DNA of 64,000 bases from Haloarculaceae archaeon (lineage in GTDB: Archaea > Halobacteriota > Halobacteria > Halobacteriales > Haloarculaceae), in contig JAZKRS010000004.1 of NCBI GenBank assembly GCA_036626435.1, forward strand, positions 2,517-66,516, read 5' to 3'. Every line of letters starts with the position of its first letter. Within the stretch, counting starts at the first letter, position 1. The position numbers were made by a program, and so were the translations under genes. Below, piece by piece: positions 54,734 to 63,658 of this stretch. The notes below the pieces were generated by a model that was not told the DNA's origin, did not search any database, and worked only from the letters and a program-made list of their open reading frames with translations.

Positions 54734-55012
54734 TTACTCGGCGGGTTCGGCCTCGACGACGCTCTCGCCCTCTTCGGCGAAGCGGGCTGCGCGCACGCGA
54801 AGCTTGCTCGGGGGTTTCTTGCGGCCCCGTGACCAGACCGCCTCGTTGATCGAGGGGTCGAGGCGGACGGCGTCCTCGTCGACGGAGAAGTGCTGTGCGA
54901 GGTGTTCCCGGACGAGGCGCATCGCGGCGTCCGCCCGTTCGGACTCCGATGTCGCCTTCGCGTCGCGAAGCGGGACCGTCACGACCCGCTCCTCGAAGTC
55001 TCCAGCGCTCAT
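54734..55012 (-). CDS. rpl31e: 50S ribosomal protein L31e
   Basis: 92 aa. ...[13 protein letters not shown]...[20 protein letters not shown]... Confidence 0.9.
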   Translation of the reverse strand: MSAGDFEERVVTVPLRDAKATSESERADAAMRLVREHLAQHFSVDEDAVRLDPSINEAVWSRGRKKPPSKLRVRAARFAEEGESVVEAEPAE

Positions 55013-55161
55013 TCGTCGGTGTCACTCCGCCGCCAGTGGCGACGGTTGGGGTTTCGCTGCACCTCCATGTCGGTTTTGAGCATGACCCACGCCGGGATGC
55101 GCGAGTTCTGTCGCTCGAGCTTTGCGAGGCGCTTTTTTTTCGATTTGGATTTCTTGCTCAT
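55009..55161 (-). CDS. rpl39e: 50S ribosomal protein L39e
   Basis: ATG 55161. [50 protein letters not shown] (50 aa). Confidence 0.9.
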   Translation of the reverse strand: MSKKSKSKKKRLAKLERQNSRIPAWVMLKTDMEVQRNPNRRHWRRSDTDE

Positions 55162-55186
55162 GGTGTCCTCGTCTTCCCTGTCGCGG

Positions 55187-55194
55187 CTTATATG
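55187..55194 (-). promoter_or_regulatory. TATA box for the rpl39e operon
   Basis: The minus strand reads cacATATAAGcc about 25 nt upstream of ATG 55161. Confidence 0.45.
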
Positions 55195-55288
55195 TGTTCC
55201 TTTTCTGGGGGAGAGCCGGAACGGACCCACGCCCGTTCGGCCTCGACGACGCTCGTTTAGGCCCCCCAAAAACAATCAACTCCGTGAT

Positions 55289-55296
55289 AATTATAA
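55289..55296 (+). promoter_or_regulatory. TATA box for the ZIP transporter gene
   Basis: gatAATTATAAgg lies about 26 nt upstream of ATG 55323. Confidence 0.45.
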
Positions 55297-55322
55297 GGGG
55301 ACGAAGGCGTAGCCACACATAC

Positions 55323-56153
55323 ATGGCGGCCCTGGAGAATCTCGTCCTGGTCTTTATCGCCGGGCTGATAACTGCGCTGGCGACCGGGCTGGGTGCACTC
55401 CCGTTTTTTGTGTTCGACGACATCAGCACGCGCTGGAACGTCGCGCTGTGGGGGTTCGCGTCGGGAATCATGGTGTCGGCGTCGCTTTTCGGCCTCGTCA
55501 TGGAGGGGCTGGCCGTCGTCGAGGGTGGGGTGATTGACGCCGCCCTGGCTATCGGTCCCGGCGTCGTGGCCGGCGTCGTTCTCGTGGTTGTGGGCCACGA
55601 ACTCCTCGAAGGGGCAGACGTCGACCCCAGGCAGTATCAGGAGGCTGATTTCAAGAAGCTGGTACTCGTTCTGGGGATCCTGACGGTACACAGCTTTCCG
55701 GAGGGCGTCGCAGTCGGGGTCTCCTTTGCCGAACTCGGCCTGGCTGACGTCGCCTCCGGCGAGGCGATCGCGCTTGTCGGGTTGACCCTCCCCGTTCTGG
55801 CGGTGTTTATGACCGTCGCCATCTCCATCCACAACATCCCCGAAGGCGTGGCGATATCCATCCCCTTGCGGTCGATGGGAGTCAGCGAGTGGCGGATGGT
55901 CTGGTGGGCTGTCTTCTCGAGCCTGCCCCAGCCGATCGGCGCGGTCATCGCCTACTACTTCGTGACCCTGGCCCGGCAGTTTCTCCCCTTTGGCTTCGGC
56001 TTCGCCGCGGGCGCGATGGTCTACCTCGTGCTCACGGAGTTCATCCCCGAGGCGCTCGATCTCGGGGAGGGGCTCCCGAACGGTGGGCGACCGCAACTGA
56101 CCGCCGGGGTCGCGATCGGGGTGCTCGTGATGGTCCCCCTCGCGTTCATCTAG
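55323..56153 (+). CDS. ZIP family metal transporter
   Basis: ATG 55323 (MAALENLVLVFIAGLITALATG...). HNIPEG motif. Confidence 0.9.
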   Translation: MAALENLVLVFIAGLITALATGLGALPFFVFDDISTRWNVALWGFASGIMVSASLFGLVMEGLAVVEGGVIDAALAIGPGVVAGVVLVVVGHELLEGADVDPRQYQEADFKKLVLVLGILTVHSFPEGVAVGVSFAELGLADVASGEAIALVGLTLPVLAVFMTVAISIHNIPEGVAISIPLRSMGVSEWRMVWWAVFSSLPQPIGAVIAYYFVTLARQFLPFGFGFAAGAMVYLVLTEFIPEALDLGEGLPNGGRPQLTAGVAIGVLVMVPLAFI

Positions 56154-56656
56154 ATCGGGAGGCTGTTATCGAAGACGACCAGATCGACGAAGGCGTCCAG
56201 GGGATCCGCGTGTTCCTCGACCGGGACCCCCATCCCGTAGTTCGAGTAGTCGACGACGAAGTAGTGGGTATCTGCGACCGAAATAGACGCCCGGCCCCCG
56301 TCTTCGGGCACTCTGGCCACGTAGAGGTCCCGATCCTCGTTGTGGACCCCCGCCCGGCTGAACTCGCTGTGTCCGGCCGGGGTTTCGGGGGGTTCGTCGC
56401 CGCCGAGGAACGTCCGGTAGTGATCGTAGGTCCCCGTGCTGGTGAAGTAGTAGATGTCGAACCGCTGTTCCGCCCTGACGGTGTAGGAGAGTTCGCCGTC
56501 GCCATCTACCTCAGTGATCTCGTACGTCCAGCCCCGGCCCGGCTCGACCAGGATGCTCCCTTGCTGTTCCTGGACGACGCGCCCGCCAGCGACGCAGCCT
56601 GCTGTCCCGACGGCCGATCCGAGTGTCGTCATCGCGAGAAACGTGCGACGGTCCAT
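56150..56656 (-). CDS. secreted/lipid-anchored hypothetical protein (Tat-type signal with lipobox-like Cys)
   Basis: 168 aa. MDRRTFLAMTTLGSAVGTAGC... Confidence 0.65.
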   Translation of the reverse strand: MDRRTFLAMTTLGSAVGTAGCVAGGRVVQEQQGSILVEPGRGWTYEITEVDGDGELSYTVRAEQRFDIYYFTSTGTYDHYRTFLGGDEPPETPAGHSEFSRAGVHNEDRDLYVARVPEDGGRASISVADTHYFVVDYSNYGMGVPVEEHADPLDAFVDLVVFDNSLPI

Positions 56657-56893
56657 CCCGTGGGGGGGATACGACTATCGGCGTTTAGTATCCCGCGGAC
56701 AAAATCTCAAAGATGATACCGCCATTGGCGGCCGCTTTGGGTTCCCATCGGAAGCGTCTCTCACCCGCAGGTCCGAGGGAACGCTTTCCCCATCCGATGT
56801 CCCTTTCCGCTTCGGCGCCGTCCCTTTCGGTATGAATGCAGATTCGCCAGCGGTTTCCACACGGAACATGTCAAGGAATTTGGTGAGGTACGC

Positions 56894-57664
56894 ATGACGG
56901 GGAAAGACGAGTACTACAACAGAGCGAAACAGGAGGGGTATCGCGCCCGCTCCGCGTACAAGCTCAAACAGCTAGACGAGACGGCGGACCTGCTCGGTGA
57001 GGGGCGGACGGTCGTCGACCTCGGCGCCGCGCCGGGCGGCTGGCTCCAGGTCGCCGCCGAGCAGGTCGGTCCCGAGGGAACCGTGATCGGCGTCGACCGC
57101 CAGCGTATCGACGCGCTGGACGAGCCGGACGCCACTGTCGAGTTCGTCCGCGGGGACATCACCGAGGCCGACACCAAGGCGACCATCCGGGAGGTCGTCG
57201 ACGACACGGTCGACGTGGTGCTCTCGGACATGGCTCCGAACATGAGCGGCGAGTACGACCTCGATCACGCCCGCTCGGTCCACCTCGCGCGGCAGGCTTT
57301 CGAGGTCGCGAGCGACCTGCTCGGGCCCGGCGGGGACCTCGCGGTGAAGGTCTTCGACGGGCGGGACCTGGCCGACCTGGAGGCGGAGATCGACGCCGAG
57401 TTCGAGTACGTCCGGCAGGTCCGGCCCGCTGCCTCCCGGGACGCGTCCTCGGAACTGTACCTCGTCGCGAAAAACCGGCTCACCGCACCCGTCTCGGTCG
57501 GCGAGGAGGTCGACCTCGACATCGTCGACGTGGGAACGGAGGGCGACGGTATCGCCAAGGTCGAGGGCTTTACCCTGTTCGTCGAGGGCGTCGCGGAAGG
57601 CGACAGCGTCACCGCCGAGATCACGGACATCAAGCCGCGGTACGGGTTCGCGAAGCCGGTCTGA
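56894..57664 (+). CDS. rlmE: 23S rRNA 2'-O-ribose methyltransferase RlmE/FtsJ with C-terminal TRAM domain
   Basis: 256 aa. DLGAAPGGW SAM motif, VLSDMAPN, and a C-terminal ...GTEGDGIAKVEGFTLFVEGVAEGDSVTAEITDIK TRAM domain. The stop TGA 57662-57664 is the left flank of MITE B2. Confidence 0.9.
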   Translation: MTGKDEYYNRAKQEGYRARSAYKLKQLDETADLLGEGRTVVDLGAAPGGWLQVAAEQVGPEGTVIGVDRQRIDALDEPDATVEFVRGDITEADTKATIREVVDDTVDVVLSDMAPNMSGEYDLDHARSVHLARQAFEVASDLLGPGGDLAVKVFDGRDLADLEAEIDAEFEYVRQVRPAASRDASSELYLVAKNRLTAPVSVGEEVDLDIVDVGTEGDGIAKVEGFTLFVEGVAEGDSVTAEITDIKPRYGFAKPV

Positions 57665-57707
57665 TACTGTCGGACGAAAATCCCCGGATTTTCGCCCGCC
57701 AGTATCA
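57662..57707. mobile_element. MITE family B, copy B2 (40-nt core 57665-57704)
   Basis: TGA+tactgtcggacgaaaatccccggattttcgcccgccagta+TCA. The left triplet is the rlmE stop and the right triplet is the pdxT stop (minus strand). Confidence 0.8.
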
Positions 57708-58304
57708 AACGGGCTGTGTCGCCGCGTCGAAGAAGGCGAGGTCGTGGATCCGAGAATCGTCAGTCAGTTCGGGGTGGAATGAGGTGCCGACAACCGGTCC
57801 CTGGCGGACTGCGACGGGGTTGTCATCCCAGGTGGCGAGGGCCTCGACGCTCTCGGCGACGTCGGCGACGACCGGCGCGCGGATGAACACCGCGGGGAAG
57901 GGTGCCTCAAGGCCGTCGACGTCCAGGGGCGCCTCGAAGCTGTCCTTCTGTCGGCCAAAGGCGTTGCGCTCGATGCTCACGTCGAGAATCCCCAGTTCGT
58001 CGACGCGGTCGTCCCTGGGGTCGGTGCTGGCGACGATCAGCCCGGCACACGTCGCCAGCATCGGCTTGCCTGCTTCGACGTGGTCGACAATCTCCGGGGC
58101 GATGTCCTCCCGGTCGAGCAGCCGGGAGATGGCTGTCGACTCGCCCCCCGGCATGAGCAAGACGTCACACTCGGGGACGATTCCGGCCGTTCGGATCTCC
58201 CGGACGTCGCTTTCCCGGCCGTGAGCGCCCGCGGCGCGCCTGATCGCTGTCGCGTGTTCGCTGACGTCGCCCTGGACGGCGACGACACCCGCGGTGAGAG
58301 TCAT
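57705..58304 (-). CDS. pdxT: pyridoxal 5'-phosphate synthase glutaminase subunit
   Basis: 199 aa. ...LLMPGGESTA...ATCAGLI...FHPE... triad context. Confidence 0.9.
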   Translation of the reverse strand: MTLTAGVVAVQGDVSEHATAIRRAAGAHGRESDVREIRTAGIVPECDVLLMPGGESTAISRLLDREDIAPEIVDHVEAGKPMLATCAGLIVASTDPRDDRVDELGILDVSIERNAFGRQKDSFEAPLDVDGLEAPFPAVFIRAPVVADVAESVEALATWDDNPVAVRQGPVVGTSFHPELTDDSRIHDLAFFDAATQPV

Positions 58305-58358
58305 ACCTCCCGTACGGCATGCGCGGCGAAAAAGTTCTCGTCTGCTGCCCGCTCCCGG

Positions 58359-58442
58359 TCATACTGACGGCTATGACTTTGTGAGCATAGTCGACCCCGC
58401 GGGGGGTCGAACTTGCTCATGGGCTTATAGCCGTTAGTATCA
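58359..58442. mobile_element. MITE family A, copy A3 (inverted; core 58362-58439 flanked by TCA/TCA)
   Basis: The reverse complement differs from A2 at 8 of 78 nt. Direct TCA at 58359-58361 and 58440-58442. Confidence 0.8.
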
Positions 58443-58526
58443 CCTCTCGTCGGCGTACAGGTAGAGGTCGGCCAGGACCACTATCAACACGACCTGTGTC
58501 GCCTTGTCGACGTAGTCGACGGTCAT
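58440..58526 (-). CDS. possible 28-aa micro-ORF terminated by the MITE A3 flanking triplet
   Basis: MTVDYVDKATQVVLIVVLADLYLYADER. The stop is TCA 58440-58442. There is no homology evidence, so this is speculative. Confidence 0.2.
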   Translation of the reverse strand: MTVDYVDKATQVVLIVVLADLYLYADER

Positions 58527-58682
58527 ATTGTTTGTTTTGAACATTATAATGTATATTGCTGTTCGTACATACCCTGTTGTTGCCGATCCGGCGGTCCCGT
58601 CCTACGAGCGTGTCGTCGGGACAGGGTGGGTCCCCGTCGCCAAGTCGAAACCCACAACCGCGAACCCGACAAAGCGGGGCCG

Positions 58683-59588
58683 ATGAGCGTACTGGAGCGG
58701 TACGAACCGCTCGTCGACGACTTCGAGGCTTTCCGGGCGGCCTGCGAGCGCCCGCTCCCCTCGGTTGTCCGCGTGAACACCATCAAGACGACCGTCGAGG
58801 AGGCCTGCGTGGCACTTGAGGAGGAGGAAATCGCTCACGAGCCGACCGACTGGCACGCCGGTCTCCTGAAACTCGAGGGCCAGCCCGGCGCGAACTGGCC
58901 GTACGTCCACGGCTGGCTCCACGGCCAGGAGGAGGTCTCGGCGCTACCCGCACGGGTTCTCGACCCACAGCCAGGCGAGCGCGTCTGGGACGCGTGTGCC
59001 GCGCCGGGTAGCAAGACAACCCAGCTCGCGGCGTTGACCGGCGACACCGGGACCCTGGTCGCGACCGACAACAACCTCGGGCGCATCTCGGCGCTGCGCT
59101 CGAACGCCGAGCGGCTGGGCGTCACGAGCGTCGCCATCACGAACGAGGACGCCCGCCACCACTCGCTTTCGCCCTTCGGCGGCCAGACCTACGACCGCGC
59201 CCTCGTCGACGTCCCCTGCTCGTGTGAGGGGACGGTCCGGAAGAACCCCGATACGCTGGAGGGGTGGAGCCTCGACCACGTCCGGGGGACCGCGGGCGTC
59301 CAGAAGGGCATCCTGGGGCGTGCCGTCCAGGTCACCCGCGAGGGCGGGACCGTCGTCTACTCGACGTGTACCTTCGCGCCCGAGGAAAACGAGGCAGTCC
59401 TCGACCACGTCCTCGGGGCGGAACCCTGCCGACTCTGCGAGGCCGACCTCCCCCTGGAGGCGGCCCCGGGTGTCACGGAGTGGAACGGCGAGGAGTACGA
59501 CCCCTCGGTCGCGCGAGCGAGACGGATCTACCCCCACCACAACGACACCGGCGGCTTCTTCTGTGCGAAGCTGGAGGTGACCGGCTGA
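58683..59588 (+). CDS. NOL1/NOP2/Sun (RsmB-like) RNA cytosine-C5 methyltransferase
   Basis: ATG 58683 (MSVLERYEPLVDDFEAFRAACERPLPSVVRVNTIK...). DACAAPGSKT, DVPCSCEGT and YSTCTFAPEENE motifs. Confidence 0.9.
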   Translation: MSVLERYEPLVDDFEAFRAACERPLPSVVRVNTIKTTVEEACVALEEEEIAHEPTDWHAGLLKLEGQPGANWPYVHGWLHGQEEVSALPARVLDPQPGERVWDACAAPGSKTTQLAALTGDTGTLVATDNNLGRISALRSNAERLGVTSVAITNEDARHHSLSPFGGQTYDRALVDVPCSCEGTVRKNPDTLEGWSLDHVRGTAGVQKGILGRAVQVTREGGTVVYSTCTFAPEENEAVLDHVLGAEPCRLCEADLPLEAAPGVTEWNGEEYDPSVARARRIYPHHNDTGGFFCAKLEVTG

Positions 59589-60163
59589 TGGGCGAGGGCG
59601 TCGACCCCGGCGGCGCCCCGACCAATGACGGGGAGCGATTCGACCGCCTGCCGGCGACCGACGACGAACGGGCCGTCGAGGGGCGTCCGACCCGCGAGGA
59701 GGTCTTGGAATGGTGGGACGAGCGGTTCGGGGTTCTCCCCGAAACTTTCGAGGCCTACACCTTCTGGGAGCGGGGCCGCGGGAAGATCTGGGCCTTCCGC
59801 GGCGAGGCCGAGTCGCCGGTTGCGATCGAGGGGCTGGGGATGACCTTCCTCCGGACCCGCCAGGAACACTGGAAGCCCACGATGTCCGCGGTCCAGCGCT
59901 TCGGGGACCACGCCACACGCAACGTCATCCACCTGACGCGCGAGGAGGCGGCCGAATTTCTCGCCGGGCGCGACCAGGACCTCGCCTGGGGCGGCGACTG
60001 GGGGTATCTCGTCCTCACCCACGACCTCGTCCGCGAACCCCGGCCGCTCGGGGTCGGGCTGTACGTCTATGGCGAACTGCGCTCGCAGGTTCCCAAGGGG
60101 CGGCGGCGAGAGCTGACAGGCTCACGTCGCGGAGACGACAACAGAGCGGGAAGCGAAGACTAG
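59588..60163 (+). CDS. conserved hypothetical protein coupled to the m5C methyltransferase
   Basis: ATG 59588 overlaps the upstream stop (TGATG). 191 aa. ...TFWERGRGKIWAFRGE...GLGMTFLRT... Confidence 0.6.
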   Translation: MGEGVDPGGAPTNDGERFDRLPATDDERAVEGRPTREEVLEWWDERFGVLPETFEAYTFWERGRGKIWAFRGEAESPVAIEGLGMTFLRTRQEHWKPTMSAVQRFGDHATRNVIHLTREEAAEFLAGRDQDLAWGGDWGYLVLTHDLVREPRPLGVGLYVYGELRSQVPKGRRRELTGSRRGDDNRAGSED

Positions 60164-60564
60164 CTTTCGGCGCGTGCGGCCGCGTCGGCCTGCTGCTTGT
60201 ACTTGTCCTCGAACTCCTGGATGAGCTGTCCCATCTTGGCGTACCAGTCGTTGAGGAGTCGCTGCAGGTCGTCGGCGATCTGCTCGGGGTCGGTCGGTGA
60301 GTAGACGTGATAGTAGCCGCCCTGGTCGTAGTTGACCTGGTCCTTCTGGATGAACCCTGTGCTGAGCAGGCGCTGGATCGACCGGTACGCTGTCGAGCGC
60401 TCGCGGTCGACGGCCGCCGCGATCTCGTCGACTGTCAGCGGCTCTTCGGCCTCTATGAGAACCTGAAAACACTCCCTGTCGAGTTGCTTTACGCCGTGGA
60501 AACACTCGAGCAGACCCTCGCACTGGATATCCTGCCGGAGTTGTTCGGCCATCGAATCGGGCAT
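60160..60564 (-). CDS. winged-helix (TrmB-like) transcriptional regulator
   Basis: ATG 60564 (MPDSMAEQLRQDIQCEGLLECFHGVKQLDRECFQVLIEAEEPLTVDEIAAAVDRERSTAYRSIQRLLSTGFI...). Confidence 0.7.
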   Translation of the reverse strand: MPDSMAEQLRQDIQCEGLLECFHGVKQLDRECFQVLIEAEEPLTVDEIAAAVDRERSTAYRSIQRLLSTGFIQKDQVNYDQGGYYHVYSPTDPEQIADDLQRLLNDWYAKMGQLIQEFEDKYKQQADAAARAES

Positions 60565-60644
60565 CGTATTGTGGACTGTAATCGCTGGACGGTTAAAAAG
60601 ATTTGTGTAGAACTGGCACAATTCTACCTCTCTCCTGCGAACAG

Positions 60645-61838
60645 TCACAGCCCGCCTACGATGAAGATAGCCCCGTACCCGATGGCAAAGGCGAGGCCGA
60701 ACGAGACGACCCAGGCGCCAGCGGTCAGGAGGAGCTTCCGCGCGCTCACCGCGTCGCCGCCGCCGACCGCGGCCCCGCTTCCGATGATCGCACTCACGAC
60801 GATTTCGTTGAACGAGACTGGCACCCCGAGCAGTACGGCCAGCTGGGCGATGAGAAAGGACGGGACGAGTGCTGCAATCGACCGGCGTGGCCCGAGCGAG
60901 GAGTAGTCCTGTGCGAGTGATTTGATCATCCGCGGCGCGCCCGTCCACGAGCCGACGAGCATCCCGAATCCACCCCCGACGAGGACGACGACCGGCGTGA
61001 TAGCTCCCACCTCGTCGAGCAGCGGGAGGATCGGCCCGACCGCGAGGCCGACCTGGCTACCCCCAGCCGAGAACGCCACGAGCGACCCGAGGACCAGCAG
61101 GACTCGCCTGAGGCCGCCCGCTTCGTCGCGGCTGATGTCGAGGTAGGTGACGCCCGCTATCGCCCCGGCCACGACGAGCGTCAGGCCGAGCGCGGCCAGC
61201 GGCCCGCCGAGACCCAGGAGCCGTCCTCCGAGATCTGCGACCGAACCCGACGCCTTGCCGGGCCCGAGCCTCGCAAACTTGACGTTCGTGAGGACGGCGG
61301 CGACGAGCGCCGTGAGAAGCGGCACGCTCAGCCGCTCGGGCACGCCCTGCCGTGGCAGAGTGCTCGCGATCCCGTACGCGATGGCGCCGCCGACAAAGGG
61401 CGTCAGCACCCAGATCGCGCCGATCTGCCAGTACTTCCCCCAGGCCGGCGCCCCGCCGAGTGCGAGACCGACGCCGATGACCGCGCCGGTCACGGTGAAA
61501 GCCGTCGCGATCGGATAGCCGGTGTAGATGCCGACGGCCATGAGGCTGGCACCGACGACCAGGACGACGATGACCCCCGTCGCGGGGAGGCTGACGCCGC
61601 TGACGAGACCGCGCCCCACGGCCTCCGAGACATTTCCCCCCTGTGTCACCGCCCCCGCGAAGCCGACGAGACCGACGACGAAGGCGGCACGCATCGTCGA
61701 GATGGCGTTCGCTCCAACTGCCGGCGCGAACGGGGTCGCGCCACTCGATCCGGCGCCGATGACCCACGCCATGAACAGGCTCGCGATCCCGGCCACCAGA
61801 AAGAGCGCGACGAGGGATGCCTCCATCTGGTACACCAC
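60645..61838 (-). CDS. inorganic phosphate transporter, PiT family
   Basis: 397 aa (alternative start 61826). Multi-TM with ...GATPFAPAVGANAIS... and a repeated C-terminal half. Confidence 0.9.
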   Translation of the reverse strand: MVYQMEASLVALFLVAGIASLFMAWVIGAGSSGATPFAPAVGANAISTMRAAFVVGLVGFAGAVTQGGNVSEAVGRGLVSGVSLPATGVIVVLVVGASLMAVGIYTGYPIATAFTVTGAVIGVGLALGGAPAWGKYWQIGAIWVLTPFVGGAIAYGIASTLPRQGVPERLSVPLLTALVAAVLTNVKFARLGPGKASGSVADLGGRLLGLGGPLAALGLTLVVAGAIAGVTYLDISRDEAGGLRRVLLVLGSLVAFSAGGSQVGLAVGPILPLLDEVGAITPVVVLVGGGFGMLVGSWTGAPRMIKSLAQDYSSLGPRRSIAALVPSFLIAQLAVLLGVPVSFNEIVVSAIIGSGAAVGGGDAVSARKLLLTAGAWVVSFGLAFAIGYGAIFIVGGL

Positions 61839-61947
61839 TCTCTACCGAGTTGACGCTGAAAAGAATTTGCATAGTAATCCAATTACTGCACAATATAGGT
61901 GGCCCGCACAGAGGCTGTGTCAGTCCGGTGGTGGTCACGGCAGACTC

Positions 61948-62033
61948 TCATAGTGATTGCTGTAACAGTTTACCGGAGCGACCGCCTGCTGTCCGGCGGT
62001 CGTATCGGTAATAGCTTACAGCAGTCACTATCA
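61948..62033. mobile_element. MITE family C, copy C2 (inverted; core 61951-62030 flanked by TCA/TCA)
   Basis: tagtgattgctgtaacag...cttacagcagtcacta. The reverse complement matches C1 at 78 of 80 nt. Confidence 0.8.
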
Positions 62034-62057
62034 GTGGGCGCTCGGCCCCCGGTCGGG

Positions 62058-63614
62058 CTACGACGACGGGTGTCCATCGGCGTCTGTCCCCTTTTCGCGC
62101 AGGACACCTCCGCCGAGGCCCTCCCACTCGACGCGGAATCCGAGCCGGGAGAGGGCCGCACTCGCGTCGTCGATGTCGTACTCGGCGAGTGCGGCTTCTG
62201 CCTCGTCGAGATCCATCCCCGCCTCGATTTCCGCCGCGAGGGCCGACAGCACCGCCGGCCGCACGAGCGTTCGCCCGATCCGCTCGTGGTTGGGGACGGC
62301 CTTGTCCTCGATTGCGCTCTCGCTGACGCCGTACTCCGCGGCGAGATCTGCGAGAGTCAGGACGTCCCGATCGGGCCGGAGCCTCTCGGGCAGGTCTGCG
62401 GCCGCCTGTGCGGCCAGTTCGTCCTCGTAGCGCCGGAGGGCGTCGCGGACGTCCTTGATCCGCACCGTCCCCGAGTAGGGGATCGCGCGGTGATCCCGGG
62501 CCTCGATCTCCTCGCCCACGCCGAGACTCTCGTCGACCGCGACGAGCAACTCCACGCCGTCGACGTCGGCGAGCCGGGAGAGCTTCTTTTCGACGTACTC
62601 GGGCGTCCAGAAGCCCATAATCTCGAAGTAGACGCGGAAGTCGCCGTGCCGGTAGTCGAAGGCGAAGTCGGGGATGACCACGTGTTCGCCAGCCGCCAGC
62701 GCGTCGGGTTCGCGAACCAGCACCCAGTCGAGGTCGAGCGAGGAAAATCGGACGGCGAAGTCGGCCTCGACGCCGCTGTCGAAGGTCATCTCGGCCACCG
62801 GCTCGGCGTCCGGGACGGACACGTCGGCGCCGGTCAGGACCAGTTCGCGCTCGGTCCCGCGGTCGTCGACGGTCGCTTCGAGTCGCCACTCTCCCGTCCC
62901 GGCGACGGTCCGCAGGAGGCGCGCAAAGCGGGTGCCGTACCGCCGGCTCGACCGGAACAGGGCGTCGGGGCCGGTGACGACCACCTCGCGGTCCGCGTCC
63001 CCCACCGCCCGGCGCTCGCTGTCCGGGAGCTGGCGCACCTCGTAGAGCAGGCGGAGCCGCTTGACTGCCGAGACCACGCGCTTTGGGTCGTCGCTCCGGA
63101 TCCGGACCTCCGTCGCGTCGAACAGCGCCGTCTGGGCCAGCGAGAGGTTGTACTGCTCGACGAGCCCCTCCGGGCTCCAGCGGACGTCGACGTCTTCGAG
63201 GACCTGTCGCTTCTCGCGGTCGGCGTACAGCGACGCGGCGACGGCTTCGAGCCCGGCACCCAGCCGGTCGGCCGCACGGGCGAGCGCCTGTTCCCGTTCG
63301 GCCTCGGTGACGACGCCGACGGCCTCGGCGGCTTCGAACGTGGCTTTCCGGGCGCGCTCTGGCTCGACCGGCGCCCGCGTCTCGTAGCGCGCCTCGCGGT
63401 CGAGGAGCTTCGCGAACCCGCGGACGAGCTTGAAGTCGTCGCTGTCGCGCTCGATATCTGTCAGTGCCTCGTCGAGTCGCTCGCGGGGCTCGCCGACGTG
63501 GCCCTGGTAGCAGCCGATGACGGCCGCGGCGACCTCCCGGTCTGTGGCGTCGACGAACTGGGGATGATAGCCCCCGCCCGCACGGGAGACCCGGAGCAGG
63601 TCCTTGGTGAGCAC
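62058..63614 (-). CDS. DUF790 family protein (Bax1-type nuclease partner of XPB)
   Basis: 518 aa. N-terminus MLTKDLLRVSRAGGGYHPQFV... and a central ...VIPDFAF...YFEIMGFWTPEYVEKK... nuclease-like core. Confidence 0.8.
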   Translation of the reverse strand: MLTKDLLRVSRAGGGYHPQFVDATDREVAAAVIGCYQGHVGEPRERLDEALTDIERDSDDFKLVRGFAKLLDREARYETRAPVEPERARKATFEAAEAVGVVTEAEREQALARAADRLGAGLEAVAASLYADREKRQVLEDVDVRWSPEGLVEQYNLSLAQTALFDATEVRIRSDDPKRVVSAVKRLRLLYEVRQLPDSERRAVGDADREVVVTGPDALFRSSRRYGTRFARLLRTVAGTGEWRLEATVDDRGTERELVLTGADVSVPDAEPVAEMTFDSGVEADFAVRFSSLDLDWVLVREPDALAAGEHVVIPDFAFDYRHGDFRVYFEIMGFWTPEYVEKKLSRLADVDGVELLVAVDESLGVGEEIEARDHRAIPYSGTVRIKDVRDALRRYEDELAAQAAADLPERLRPDRDVLTLADLAAEYGVSESAIEDKAVPNHERIGRTLVRPAVLSALAAEIEAGMDLDEAEAALAEYDIDDASAALSRLGFRVEWEGLGGGVLREKGTDADGHPSS

Positions 63615-63658
63615 TGCCGGTATCTCGGCGCTCGGGGGGCAAAAACCGTCCGGCGGCT

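Noticed and set aside
55632-55640. CAGTATCAG nonamer inside the ZIP transporter gene
   Set aside because: It lies in frame within conserved-looking coding sequence (VDPRQYQEADF) and has no adjacent MITE arm. Treated as coincidence.
44534-62033. The 17.4-kb segment between inverted MITE-C copies as a composite transposon or genomic island
   Set aside because: The content is core housekeeping (aroC, ABC transporter, ftsY, pfdA, ribosomal proteins, eif6, rlmE, pdxT) at normal GC. The MITEs are more likely independent insertions.
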